Source: an uncultured Polyangiaceae bacterium (GTDB lineage Bacteria > Desulfobacterota > Binatia > UTPRO1). From it: a DNA stretch of 55,433 bases. The stretch lies in the NCBI GenBank assembly GCA_964631985.1, contig CAZWAX010000003.1, forward strand, positions 1 to 55,433, read 5' to 3'. Below are positions 9,569-18,360 of the stretch, one piece after another (position 1 is the first letter of the stretch; each line of letters begins with the position of its first letter). The notes below the pieces were generated by a model, which saw only the letters and a program-made list of their open reading frames with translations, searched no databases and was not told the DNA's origin. Position numbers and translations under genes: made by a program.

Positions 9569-9741
9569 GCGGTAGCTCCATCGTGGTCGCTCCGCGTGCG
9601 CGAAAGGAGGTACGTGCCGAGGGCGATCAGCCCCGTGCCTGACAACGTTTGGCTGGCGTCGAAGATCATGCCTGCGCCGAACAGCACGAAGAAGACCCCG
9701 AGGATTCCACAGGGGGGTGCCGGTCGTGTTTGGTCGGTCAC
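9565..9741 (-). CDS. 58-codon two-helix membrane micro-protein (hypothetical)
   Basis: The GTG at 9741 overlaps the TGA of the upstream transferase (GTGA), and its own TGA overlaps the GTG of the downstream gene (GTGA). Product: (M)TDQTRPAPPCGILGVFFVLFGAGMIFDASQTLSGTGLIALGTYLLSRTRSDHDGATA. G/C-ending codons predominate in the hydrophobic part. Confidence 0.4.
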   Translation of the reverse strand: MTDQTRPAPPCGILGVFFVLFGAGMIFDASQTLSGTGLIALGTYLLSRTRSDHDGATA

Positions 9742-10466
9742 GAGAGTCTGCGCAGCGCGATGGAGGCGCGTTGCAGCGCGGTGGCGTTGGCGAGGACCGC
9801 CAGCACGCAGATTCCCGTGGCGACGAATACGTGCCGTGCGTCGACGGCACAGACGAGGTGGGCAGTGATCGTACCGAGCATGGATGTTCCTCCGAGGATG
9901 ACGTAGCGCTCCGGGCGCTGGACAAGTCCTTCGCGACAATCCACGCCGAGGCTCTCTGCGCGCGCACGAACGTAACTGACCAGGAATCCCCCTGCCCACG
10001 CGGCGAGGACTGCCCACAGCACCCAACTCTCACGATAGTAGACGGCGAGACCTCCGAACACGGCGCTTTCGCCGTACCGATCCACGACGGAGTCCATGAG
10101 GGCCCCACGCGGGCCGTCGCGCCGCTGGCGACGGGCCATCTCCCCATCGAGGACATCGAGTGTGCCCGCTGCGATGAGCATCCAGCCAGCCGTAAACGTC
10201 CAACCCCATGCGTACGTCATACCGCACACGATGCTCATTGCGAGTTGTACGAGGGTCACGCCGTCAGCGGAGAACCCCAGATCGGAGGCGGCTTCGGCGA
10301 GGCCGCCGATGCGAATCCGAAACCACTGGCGAAGCCGGACCCCCAGGAGGCCGGTCTCTAGGTGGGGATCCATGGATCTCGGTTCGCGAACGATGGACGA
10401 GACTTCGCGGCCGACCAATGCGACGACGAACCCAATGACGCCCGCGGCGAGCCAAGGATGGCACAT
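9738..10466 (-). CDS. CDP-alcohol phosphatidyltransferase family protein (phosphatidylinositol-phosphate-synthase-like)
   Basis: 242 aa, multi-TM. Family signature D-G-x2-A-R-x8-G-x3-D-x3-D is present as DVLDGEMARRQRRDGPRGALMDSVVDRYGE. Lies 16 nt downstream of inositol-3-phosphate synthase. Confidence 0.85.
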   Translation of the reverse strand: MCHPWLAAGVIGFVVALVGREVSSIVREPRSMDPHLETGLLGVRLRQWFRIRIGGLAEAASDLGFSADGVTLVQLAMSIVCGMTYAWGWTFTAGWMLIAAGTLDVLDGEMARRQRRDGPRGALMDSVVDRYGESAVFGGLAVYYRESWVLWAVLAAWAGGFLVSYVRARAESLGVDCREGLVQRPERYVILGGTSMLGTITAHLVCAVDARHVFVATGICVLAVLANATALQRASIALRRLS

Positions 10467-10482
10467 GACCGCGGCTGGTCCT

Positions 10483-11589
10483 TTAGTGCTCGATTTCTCC
10501 GCTGATGAACTTCTCGACCAGATCTCGCGCCAGGTCGTCGATGATCTGGGTCGGCGGATGCTTCATGAGGTAGGCGGATACGCTTCGGAGGGGACCTGCA
10601 ATCTTGCGATCACGGGCAAGGCGACAACAACGAATCGCGTCGATGGCCACGCCCGCCGAATTCGGACTGTCCTGGACCGACAGGCGAAGCTCGAGCTCCA
10701 TGGGGACGTTGCCGAAGGCGCGCCCTTCCAACCGGAGGAAGCAGATCTTGTTGTCCCCTTGCCAGGGGACGTAGTCGCTCGGTCCGATGTGTACGTCTTT
10801 GGCTGGCAAGCGTTGCGGCATGACGGCTTGGACCGCTTCGGTCTTGGAGATCTTCTTCGATCCCAGGCGGGTACGGTTCAACATGTTGAGGAAGTCGGTG
10901 TTCCCCCCCGTGTTCAGCTGATAGGTGCGATCGAGTTTGATTCCGCGATCGGAGAAGAGCTTCGCCAACGTCCGGTGCACGATCGTGGCCCCCACTTGCG
11001 ACTTGATGTCGTCGCCGACGGCGGGAATGCCGCGGCTCGTGAATCGCTCGCCCCAAGTAGCATCGGAGATGAGAAAGACCGGCATGCAGTTGACCAGGCT
11101 CGCTCCGGTTTCGAGGCATGCCTGCGCATAGAACTCGGCGGCCTTCTGGCTGCCCACGGGCAGGTAGCTGATGAGCACCTCGGTGCCGGTTGCCTTCATG
11201 ATTGCGGCGACATCGACGGCGGGCCGGTCGGATGGAAGGAAGGTCTCGTCGGGTGGATAGTCGGCCATGTGTTCCGAAACCCCGTCGAGAACCGGTCCCA
11301 TCTCAACGGTGACGTTGTATTCCGGTAGGTCACGCCAGATCTCTATGGCTTTGTTCGGCTTCGCGAAGATCGCGCGGTGCAACGGTTGTCCGACTTTGCG
11401 TTCGTCGATGTCGAACGCACAGGCAATCTCGAGATCGTGAGGAAGATAGCCGGCCAGATCGTAGTGCATCAGGCCCGGCTGCTCGACGCCGGGATCCGTA
11501 CTCTGCTGGTGGCGATAGTACTCGACGCCCTGAACGAGGCTGCTCGCGCAGTTGCCAACGCCGACGATGCCGACCCGGATTTTTCCCAT
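10483..11589 (-). CDS. ino1: Inositol-3-phosphate synthase (myo-inositol-1-phosphate synthase)
   Basis: 368 aa. MGKIRVGIVGVGNCASSLVQG Rossmann start, GDDIKSQ.GAT and NTGGNTDF motifs of bacterial/archaeal MIPS. GAGGAG RBS upstream. Confidence 0.9.
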   Translation of the reverse strand: MGKIRVGIVGVGNCASSLVQGVEYYRHQQSTDPGVEQPGLMHYDLAGYLPHDLEIACAFDIDERKVGQPLHRAIFAKPNKAIEIWRDLPEYNVTVEMGPVLDGVSEHMADYPPDETFLPSDRPAVDVAAIMKATGTEVLISYLPVGSQKAAEFYAQACLETGASLVNCMPVFLISDATWGERFTSRGIPAVGDDIKSQVGATIVHRTLAKLFSDRGIKLDRTYQLNTGGNTDFLNMLNRTRLGSKKISKTEAVQAVMPQRLPAKDVHIGPSDYVPWQGDNKICFLRLEGRAFGNVPMELELRLSVQDSPNSAGVAIDAIRCCRLARDRKIAGPLRSVSAYLMKHPPTQIIDDLARDLVEKFISGEIEH

Positions 11590-11656
11590 GACCGCTTTCC
11601 CCTTACTCCTCGCTTAGATGGTGCAACCTAGTGAAAAAGCGAGAAAAAACGCGGCA

Positions 11657-11684
11657 CTTATAACCAAGGGGGTAGTCCTTGTAA
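11657..11684 (-). promoter_or_regulatory. Candidate sigma-70 promoter for the ino1 operon (TTACAA-N16-TATAAG)
   Basis: The minus strand reads TTACAA (11684-11679), a 16-nt spacer, then TATAAG (11662-11657). It sits in an unusually A+T-rich 157-nt intergenic region about 70 nt upstream of the ino1 ATG. Confidence 0.35.
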
Positions 11685-11746
11685 AGGGCATCGCCGAGGT
11701 TCTGCGCCCGCTGTGCGACGCGAGAGGCGTTCTGGCGAGCCGGCGC

Positions 11747-12082
11747 CTACTTCTTACGGAAGCGCGACGGGCAACCGGCCTCGAAAGTCTGGTCGGGATG
11801 TATCACCCGTGCCTTGGCGATGAGTTGCTCTTCGCTTTCCGGATCGTCGGGATTCGGGACGCAACAATCGACCGGACAGACCGCCGCGCATTGCTCTTGA
11901 TCGAAGAACCCGACGCACTCGGTGCATTTTTGCGGGACGATGTAATAGATGTCCGCGGCAATCGCCGGATGCTTGTCGCCGTTGTTCTCCCACTGCGCTC
12001 CACCCTCGTAGATGGCCGTATTCGGGCACTCCGGCTCACACGCGCCGCAGTTGATGCATTCTTCCGTGATCATCGTGGACAT
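11747..12082 (-). CDS. 4Fe-4S dicluster ferredoxin (YfhL-like)
   Basis: ATG at 12082 gives the 111-aa MSTMITEECINCGACEPECP...KCTECVGFFDQEQCAAVCPVDC. Two CxxCxxCxxxCP-type cluster motifs. The rest of ORF 11747..12361 is not credible. Confidence 0.85.
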   Translation of the reverse strand: MSTMITEECINCGACEPECPNTAIYEGGAQWENNGDKHPAIAADIYYIVPQKCTECVGFFDQEQCAAVCPVDCCVPNPDDPESEEQLIAKARVIHPDQTFEAGCPSRFRKK

Positions 12083-12158
12083 CGAGGTTCCTCCGAAAGG
12101 ACGACTGAACGCAGTCGACACCGGTAACATGCCGGCAGCGAACGGTAAAGTCGAGAAG

Positions 12159-13334
12159 TCAATGCGGGATGCTGGGTTGGGTGTCGTGCAATGCTGCGGT
12201 GATCTGCTCGGCGATGTGTAGAAAGGTCCGAGAGGTCGTGTGTTCCGGCTGGTCGACGACGAGGGGACGACCACGATCCATGCTGATCCGGAGCTCGCTC
12301 TCAATGGGAACCTTGCCGAGGAAGCGCAGGTGCAAATCCTCAGCTTCCTGGCGACCACCATCGGCGCCGAACACGGGATCCACCTCGCCGCAATGTGGGC
12401 ACACGTATCCGCTCATGTTCTCGATGATGCCGAGGACCGGAGCCTGCACGGTGTCGAACATCGAAATGCCGCGTCGCACGTCTTGGAGCGCGATGTCCTG
12501 CGGTGTCGTCACGATCACGCCGCCGGCGATGGGAGCTTCCTGCAAGAGGGTGAGCTGGGCATCTCCGGTCCCCGGCGGTAGGTCGACGACGAGGAGATCA
12601 AGCTCCCCCCACACCACGTCTCTCAAGAATTGCCGCACGATGCTCATGACCATTGGCCCACGCCAGATCACTGGTGAGCGGTCGTCCAAGAAGTACCCCA
12701 TGGAAACCAGCGCGATACCGAAGCGCTCGACCGGGACGATTTTCTTCTCGTCGAGCATACGCGGCCGTTCCTCAGCGCTTCCCGTCATCAGTGGAACGCT
12801 CGGGCCGTGAACGTCGGCGTCGAGCAACCCAACGCGGAGCCCCCGCGCCTTGAACGCCAAGGCGAGGTTCACGGCGATCGTGGATTTTCCGACGCCACCT
12901 TTTCCGCTCGCCACGGCGATGATGCGCGTGATCCCTGGTAGTGGTTGGCGTTCAGCTCCCAATTGCGGCGCGGCGCGCCGCTCCCCTCCGGTGACTGCAA
13001 TCTCGACCTCGGTCACGTTCGCGACCCGTCGAACGGCGGCTGTGACATCGGCGCGCAGCTTGGCGACTACGTCGGACTTGCCCGTCGCGAGATCGAGTGT
13101 GATCGCCACGTGCCCGTCGCGCACCGTCACATCGCGGATCATCCCGAAAGCGCAAATGTCGCGGGTGAATCCGGGATAGTTCACGGCGGCCAACGCCGTG
13201 CGCACTTCGTCGATGTTCGCCACGGGTAAGCGTGGCAGACTAGTGGCGGGTCGGAGGCTTTGCAATGCGTCCGGGGGGATCCGGCCCAGGCCCATTGATG
13301 GTTCGATCACCTTGACAAGGCGAGGCCTTTGCAC
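12159..13334 (-). CDS. apbC: Mrp/ApbC/NBP35-family Fe-S cluster carrier ATPase with N-terminal DUF59-like domain
   Basis: IAVASGKGGVGKSTIAVNLA deviant Walker A, LLVVDLPPGTGD, and CPHCG ligand motif. The start is uncertain (GTG 13334 or ATG 13295). Confidence 0.85.
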   Translation of the reverse strand: MQRPRLVKVIEPSMGLGRIPPDALQSLRPATSLPRLPVANIDEVRTALAAVNYPGFTRDICAFGMIRDVTVRDGHVAITLDLATGKSDVVAKLRADVTAAVRRVANVTEVEIAVTGGERRAAPQLGAERQPLPGITRIIAVASGKGGVGKSTIAVNLALAFKARGLRVGLLDADVHGPSVPLMTGSAEERPRMLDEKKIVPVERFGIALVSMGYFLDDRSPVIWRGPMVMSIVRQFLRDVVWGELDLLVVDLPPGTGDAQLTLLQEAPIAGGVIVTTPQDIALQDVRRGISMFDTVQAPVLGIIENMSGYVCPHCGEVDPVFGADGGRQEAEDLHLRFLGKVPIESELRISMDRGRPLVVDQPEHTTSRTFLHIAEQITAALHDTQPSIPH

Positions 13335-13384
13335 TTAGCTGACCGCCGCTCCGCGCCGGCGCCGCGGTCAGGAAGGAAGCGCGA

Positions 13385-14386
13385 GTGAATCAGTCGAATG
13401 ATGTCCCCGGGCGCCGCAGCCGCTACGGATCCAACGGCGCCGTCGACCTCAGCTTGATCAACGACGATCTCGCGCTGGTCGAAGAAAAGATGGAACGCCT
13501 GCTCGTTTCGCGCGAGCCGTTGTTGTCCGAGGTGGCGCTTCATTTGATTCGAGGCGGGGGAAAGCGGGTCCGCCCGGCGGTGGCGTTGCTGGTCTTCAAA
13601 GCGTGCGGCGGGCGTGACGTGACCGACATGATCGATGTCGCGATTGCGCTCGAGCTGATCCACTCCGCGACGTTGCTCCATGACGACATCATCGATGGTG
13701 GCGAGACACGCCGCGGCCGGCCATCGGCGTTTCAGCGCTACGGACTTGCCAACACGCTCGTCACCGGAGATTTTCTCTTCAGCAAGGCGTTCGAGTTGTG
13801 CGGTCGATTCGAGGAGCGGGTCGTGGGATGGGCTGCCGACGCCTGCGTCAGCCTCACCGAGGGTGAGGTGATGCAAGGACGTTTCCGACGCAATCCGGCG
13901 ACGACTATGGAGGATTATCTCGAGATCATCGCTCGGAAGACCGCCTCACTCTTCTCGCAGGGCACCCGTGTCGCGGCCCATCTCGCGGGGGTCGATGAGC
14001 GCGGCACCGACGCGATGAGTCTGTGCGGATTCCACATCGGGATGGCGTTTCAGATCATCGACGACTTGCTCGATGTGGAAGGTGATGCCCGAACCGGAAA
14101 GCCGGTCGGCATCGACTTGCGCGATGGCAATCCGTCGCTCCCTCTGGTTCTTTCCGTGGCCCGCGATGCCGAAGTGCGGCGGGTTTTCGTCACGCCCGAT
14201 GCGTCGGCAGACGAGATCGATGCCGCGTTGCAACGCATTCGCGCGCTTCCCGTTCTGAGCGAGGTCCGCCAGCTGGCAGAGGACTACACGCGGCGTGCGC
14301 GCCAATTGCTCGACGAGCTGCCGTACTCCTCGTACCGCCAGGCGCTCTCCGACATCATCGCCGAAGTGGAAGAGCGAAGGCTGTAG
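13385..14386 (+). CDS. Polyprenyl diphosphate synthase (trans-IPPS, medium/long chain)
   Basis: 333 aa. First Asp-rich motif LLHDDIIDGGETRRG, second FQIIDDLLD. Confidence 0.85.
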   Translation: MNQSNDVPGRRSRYGSNGAVDLSLINDDLALVEEKMERLLVSREPLLSEVALHLIRGGGKRVRPAVALLVFKACGGRDVTDMIDVAIALELIHSATLLHDDIIDGGETRRGRPSAFQRYGLANTLVTGDFLFSKAFELCGRFEERVVGWAADACVSLTEGEVMQGRFRRNPATTMEDYLEIIARKTASLFSQGTRVAAHLAGVDERGTDAMSLCGFHIGMAFQIIDDLLDVEGDARTGKPVGIDLRDGNPSLPLVLSVARDAEVRRVFVTPDASADEIDAALQRIRALPVLSEVRQLAEDYTRRARQLLDELPYSSYRQALSDIIAEVEERRL

Positions 14387-14483
14387 AGAACGTCCGAAGC
14401 TTCGTGTTTTCCGCTCGCGAGAATCCCGCCGCGGCGCCGCGAATCTTGACACGCCACGGCGTCGACGAAACAATCCTCGGACC

Positions 14484-15470
14484 TTGCCGCAGGACCGTTT
14501 CAAGCGTGAGATCGACTATCTGCGGATCTCTCTCGTCGATCACTGCAATCTGCGTTGCGTGTACTGTATGCCCCTCGATGCGCGACGCTCGGTGTCGGGG
14601 GCGGCGTGGCTCAAGCCGGCGGAGATCGAGCTGGTCGCGCGTGCCGCCGTCGGAGTGGGTTTTCGAAAGATCCGGCTGACTGGAGGCGAGCCCACCCTTC
14701 GTGCGGATCTCATCGAGATCGTCGAACGTCTGGCATCGATCGATGGCCTCCGTGATCTTGCGCTGACGACCAACGGGATCTTGCTCCCCCGCTTGGCCAT
14801 CCCGCTCGTTCGAGCAGGCCTTCGTCGCGTCAACATTCACGTGGACACACTCCATCCCGAGCGTCTCGCGAGGATCATGCGGTTCGGCACGCTGGGGGAG
14901 ATCTGGGCTGGCATTCAAGCCGCCGAGTCGGCGGGATTGACGCCGATCAAGCTGAACGCCGTCGTGACACGCGGGTTCAACGACGCGGACGTCGTTGAGC
15001 TTGCGGCTCTCACCCGTGATCGGCCCTGGCATGTGCGATTCATCGAGCTCATGCCGCTCGGCGTCGGCGAACCGGCAGCTCTTTCGCGCTCGAACTTCGT
15101 TCCCAGCGCGGAGACGGAGGCGCGCATCGTAGGTGCGCTTGGGCCGCTGACTGCCCTCCCCGCCAACGATCTGTCGGATGAATCTCGAAATACGAGACTG
15201 GAAGGAGCACGCGGGACGATCGGGTTCATCAGTCCCGTGAGTCGGCCGTATTGCGGAACGTGCAACCGGATGCGCTTGACCGCGGACGGCAAGTTTCATC
15301 TATGTCTGCTGAACGACGACGAATTGGACATCCGACGTGCCCTGGCGGAAGGTGGGATCCCCGCTGTGGCCGACGTGCTGTTGCGCGCGGTTGGCGCCAA
15401 GCCGACCGGGCACCGATTGCACGCCAACGAGACCATTGAACGCCGCGAGATGTTCCAGATCGGCGGCTGA
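14484..15470 (+). CDS. moaA: GTP 3',8-cyclase (molybdenum cofactor biosynthesis protein A)
   Basis: ORF 14295..15470 overlaps the previous gene. The in-frame TTG at 14484 gives (M)PQDRFKREIDYLRISLVDHCNLRCVYCMP, the canonical MoaA N-terminus (CxxxCxxC radical-SAM motif). C-terminal CGTCNRMRLTADGK. Confidence 0.88.
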   Translation: MPQDRFKREIDYLRISLVDHCNLRCVYCMPLDARRSVSGAAWLKPAEIELVARAAVGVGFRKIRLTGGEPTLRADLIEIVERLASIDGLRDLALTTNGILLPRLAIPLVRAGLRRVNIHVDTLHPERLARIMRFGTLGEIWAGIQAAESAGLTPIKLNAVVTRGFNDADVVELAALTRDRPWHVRFIELMPLGVGEPAALSRSNFVPSAETEARIVGALGPLTALPANDLSDESRNTRLEGARGTIGFISPVSRPYCGTCNRMRLTADGKFHLCLLNDDELDIRRALAEGGIPAVADVLLRAVGAKPTGHRLHANETIERREMFQIGG

Positions 15471-15481
15471 ACGAGAGAGTA

Positions 15482-16174
15482 ATGATCACTTCTGCGACAC
15501 CGATTGCCGAGGCGCGTGAGCTCTTCGGCCCGCTTCTCCTCACCCCCGAAGACGTCGGGCGACTGCTGTCCGTCGCTCCCGGCGAGCTCGCAGAAGGCGC
15601 CGGAGAGCACTACGAGCGGGTTCCATACTCCCGAGAGCTGTTGGAAGTGGCCCGAGATCGAGGCGATGTGCTCGTGTATCGCCTGGCCGAGCACGGCGGG
15701 AAGCCGCTCACGCTCCTGCGGTTGCTCGAGCGTTTTCCCGAGACCGTGCAGCCCCAGCTGCTGAAGGGCGTTGGGTATCAGTTGAAGGACGAGTGGACGG
15801 TGGATGCCGAGCCGTTCGCCTCGGGTGCTGCATGTCGTCCGGGCTGGCGGCTGGTGCACGGGGCACCGGTTCCGTCAATGTGCAACCTCAACTACGAGCA
15901 GCAGGATGTTGCTCTGAGTCGCTACGCCGAGTCGCTCGGGTTGCCGCCTGGCGGATTGACGCGCCGGAGCGCGATCGAGGCGGCATACGATACCGTCCTG
16001 CTCCGTCGTGCTCACGACACTCGACTGCTGGAGCACGCATGGGACTGGTCGGATACCCCGACGCAAGACGGTGGATATGTCACCGTGGGTGAGTTCGCCG
16101 GCGATGGTCTCAAAATCGTGGGCTACTCGCGCGCGGTGCGATTCGGAACGTTGGGCGTGTGCCCGCAACAATGA
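15482..16174 (+). CDS. Hypothetical protein (no recognisable family)
   Basis: 230-aa ORF. The ATG lies 11 nt after the moaA stop, preceded by GAGAGAG. G/C-rich third codon positions. No motif I can name. Confidence 0.5.
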   Translation: MITSATPIAEARELFGPLLLTPEDVGRLLSVAPGELAEGAGEHYERVPYSRELLEVARDRGDVLVYRLAEHGGKPLTLLRLLERFPETVQPQLLKGVGYQLKDEWTVDAEPFASGAACRPGWRLVHGAPVPSMCNLNYEQQDVALSRYAESLGLPPGGLTRRSAIEAAYDTVLLRRAHDTRLLEHAWDWSDTPTQDGGYVTVGEFAGDGLKIVGYSRAVRFGTLGVCPQQ

Positions 16175-16446
16175 CGCGTGCGAGCGGAAAGATGCCTATG
16201 CACTTCGTGACAAGCAAACGCGCAGGATACGTGCTCTTCTGCATGACGCCGAGTGGCCGTGCAGCGATCGGTCTCACCGAGGCTCGCGAGGTGCATTTGC
16301 TCGAGCGGGCCGACGATGGCGCGTGGCGGACGCTCCGCGAATGGGAGCCGACGGCCATGACACACACCGACCTCATGCTCACCCTCGGGGATCATGGGGA
16401 GCCGGATGATCCGCGTCGCCTGCTCGACCTGATCTCGAGTCCGTAG
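16171..16446 (+). CDS. Hypothetical small protein, translationally coupled to preceding ORF
   Basis: The ATG at 16171 overlaps the upstream TGA (ATGA). 91 aa: MTRASGKMPMHFVTSKRAGYVLFCMTPSG... No recognisable family. Confidence 0.4.
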   Translation: MTRASGKMPMHFVTSKRAGYVLFCMTPSGRAAIGLTEAREVHLLERADDGAWRTLREWEPTAMTHTDLMLTLGDHGEPDDPRRLLDLISSP

Positions 16447-16468
16447 CGGATCGTCGCGGCGCGAGTCG

Positions 16469-17083
16469 TCAGCTTCGTTTTGAGGATCCGCGGCGGCCGA
16501 GCTTGGCCTGTGGCGGTGCAATCAGGGTCACGGCGCCTCGCTTCACCCCGAAACGGAACGCTTGGGGAACCGTTCCGAGATAGACGTCGATGTGGTGGCC
16601 TTTGACTCCTCCACCGACGTCCTCGGCAATTCGCTCTCCCACACCCTCGATGAAGACGCGAGATCCAAGGGGGATGACCTTGGGATCGACCGCGACGGTA
16701 CGGCCGGCACGTGCCGTGGTTCCGGTCGCAGTAATTGGCAGCGCCTGGCCCATCTGGGGACCGGAGTACGCCGTCAGTTTGAATCGCCCGATGGGAGGGT
16801 CGGGTAGGTTCGCGGGGATGACGTGGGCGGTCGCCCGCACTGTCTGATGAGACGTCACGGCACCCTCGGCGTGGAGGCGGCCCAGGGTTTCACCGGCACC
16901 GGTACGGGTCACGCCGCCGTGAGAAAGGGGTGCGGTCGCCGGGAGCTTCCGAATGGCGGCGCCGGCTGCGGTGACCACGTCTCCCGCATCGTCGGTCAGC
17001 AGAAGCAGCGGCGTATTGAAGCCGAGGGCCCCGATCACGAGGGCGGCGGCACAGAGGGCGAGTCTCATGCTGATGGTGTTCAT
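16469..17083 (-). CDS. 3D-domain (MltA/RlpA-like double-psi barrel) secreted protein
   Basis: 204 aa with strong RBS GGAGGAG and a signal peptide. C-terminal FKLTAYSG...TATGTTARAGRTVAVDPKVIPLGSRVFIEGVGERIAEDVGGGVKGHHIDVY matches the 3D-domain pattern. Confidence 0.7.
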   Translation of the reverse strand: MNTISMRLALCAAALVIGALGFNTPLLLLTDDAGDVVTAAGAAIRKLPATAPLSHGGVTRTGAGETLGRLHAEGAVTSHQTVRATAHVIPANLPDPPIGRFKLTAYSGPQMGQALPITATGTTARAGRTVAVDPKVIPLGSRVFIEGVGERIAEDVGGGVKGHHIDVYLGTVPQAFRFGVKRGAVTLIAPPQAKLGRRGSSKRS

Positions 17084-17334
17084 GAGTCTCCTCCTTGGGG
17101 GTCGCTTTTTGGGATCAGCCTCGGGGAACCGAAAAGAGCAACGGGAGGCGATTGGCTAGCTATGGGGTATGGGGTTGTCAAATCAGCAGGCGTGCGACTC
17201 CGCGGGATTCTCCCGGTCATGTCAGGTAAAGACGAGAAATTGCACAATATGTAATCTTGACAATCGCCATCGGCTGGGTCGTCCAGACGGACGTCGAGCC
17301 TTGCGATCGTGAAAGGTCCCCGCTAACCGGCGAC

Positions 17335-18360
17335 ATGGTATCCGACTCTCCACCGATCCGTGCCGCCTTCTTCACGGAGCGTGGCTTCGAAGTCCGGATG
17401 CTCACCAACCTCGATCTTCGAGCCGAGGATGTGACGGTCGCGGTCGAGGCATGTGGCATTTGCGGCAGCGACCTCCACTTCTTCTCGGGTGAGACGGCCC
17501 CTCCCACGGTCTGTCCGGGTCACGAAATCTGTGGACGAATCCTTTCAGGGGGTCCCAGTGCGATTCCCGGCCTCGGCGTGGTCGTCGAGCCCCTGCTTGG
17601 CTGTGGCACGTGCCGTGCCTGTGGCGCGGGCGAGCCGAATCTCTGCCCGAAGTTGCAGCTGATTGGACGTGACCGTCAGGGAGGATTTGCCGACGTGATC
17701 GTCGTCCCGGCGAGTGCCGTGCATCCAGTTCCGGAGGGACTCGATCTGGGGACGGCCATGCTGGCCGAGCCTCTGGCGGCGGCGCTCCACGCCGTGCGCA
17801 AGGTGAAGATCGTTCGCGGCACCGAGGTGCTGGTGCTGGGCGGTGGCACGATCGGACTCCTGACGACGTTGCTTGCGGCGCGTGCCGGAGCATGCGTCAC
17901 GGTGATGGTCCGCCATGCCCACCAGCGTGATGCCGCCCTTCGCCTCGGCGCAGCGCGCGCGGTCATGGCCGACGTCGACCTTCTCGCCGTGGGCCCCAAC
18001 CAACCCGACGTCGTCTTCGAGACGGTCGGCGGTCGCGCTCGGACCCTGCAGCATGCGCTCGAACGCGTCTGCCCTGGGGGCGCGATCGTCGCGCTCGGGG
18101 TCTTCTCGGGCCCCGTCACGATCGATCCGATCGCGTGTCTGGCGAAAGAAGTTCGTCTGGTCTGGTCGACGATGTACAGCCGGTCTGGTCAGTCCGACTT
18201 TGCCGGGGCGTTGGCGATTCTTCGGGATGAGCAAGCGCGCCTGAGAGAACTCATTACGCACTCGGTGCCGCTCTCCGAGATTCAACGCGGTTTCGCCCTC
18301 GCGAACGACAAGCGCTCCGGCGCCATCAAGGTGGCCGTGTGCCCGGGTCAGAAGCTGTAG
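17335..18360 (+). CDS. Zinc-dependent alcohol/threonine dehydrogenase family (MDR) oxidoreductase
   Basis: ACGICGSDLH, GHEICGR and structural-Zn CGTCRACG motifs, plus a GGGTIG NAD-binding loop. The ATG at 17335 is preferred over 17257. Confidence 0.85.
   Translation: MVSDSPPIRAAFFTERGFEVRMLTNLDLRAEDVTVAVEACGICGSDLHFFSGETAPPTVCPGHEICGRILSGGPSAIPGLGVVVEPLLGCGTCRACGAGEPNLCPKLQLIGRDRQGGFADVIVVPASAVHPVPEGLDLGTAMLAEPLAAALHAVRKVKIVRGTEVLVLGGGTIGLLTTLLAARAGACVTVMVRHAHQRDAALRLGAARAVMADVDLLAVGPNQPDVVFETVGGRARTLQHALERVCPGGAIVALGVFSGPVTIDPIACLAKEVRLVWSTMYSRSGQSDFAGALAILRDEQARLRELITHSVPLSEIQRGFALANDKRSGAIKVAVCPGQKL

Noticed and set aside
9742-10026. N-terminal two thirds of ORF 9565..10026 (153 aa)
   Set aside because: It is Arg-rich and overlaps the CDP-alcohol phosphatidyltransferase in another frame. 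Only the last 58 codons, beginning at the GTG that overlaps the transferase stop, look coding.
10096-11328. 410-aa plus-strand ORF antisense to ino1 and the phosphatidyltransferase
   Set aside because: It has no motifs and overlaps two genes with unambiguous signatures on the other strand.
14387-14483. Intergenic region upstream of moaA checked for a Moco riboswitch
   Set aside because: It is only 97 nt, and I could not recognise the conserved Moco-motif stems or loops by eye. A covariance-model search would be decisive.
17163-17254. 30-codon ORF (MGYGVVKSAGVRLRGILPVMSGKDEKLHNM) and a TTGACA hexamer in the 250-nt 3D-protein/ADH intergenic region
   Set aside because: The ORF has no RBS and is only the tail of a longer spurious ORF. 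The TTGACA has no acceptable -10 at 16-19 nt spacing.
17604-17619. Good sigma-54-like match TGGCAC-gtgcc-gTGCc on the plus strand
   Set aside because: It lies inside the alcohol-dehydrogenase coding sequence, where it encodes the structural-zinc CGTCRAC motif. No gene start lies downstream, so the sequence is explained by coding constraint.
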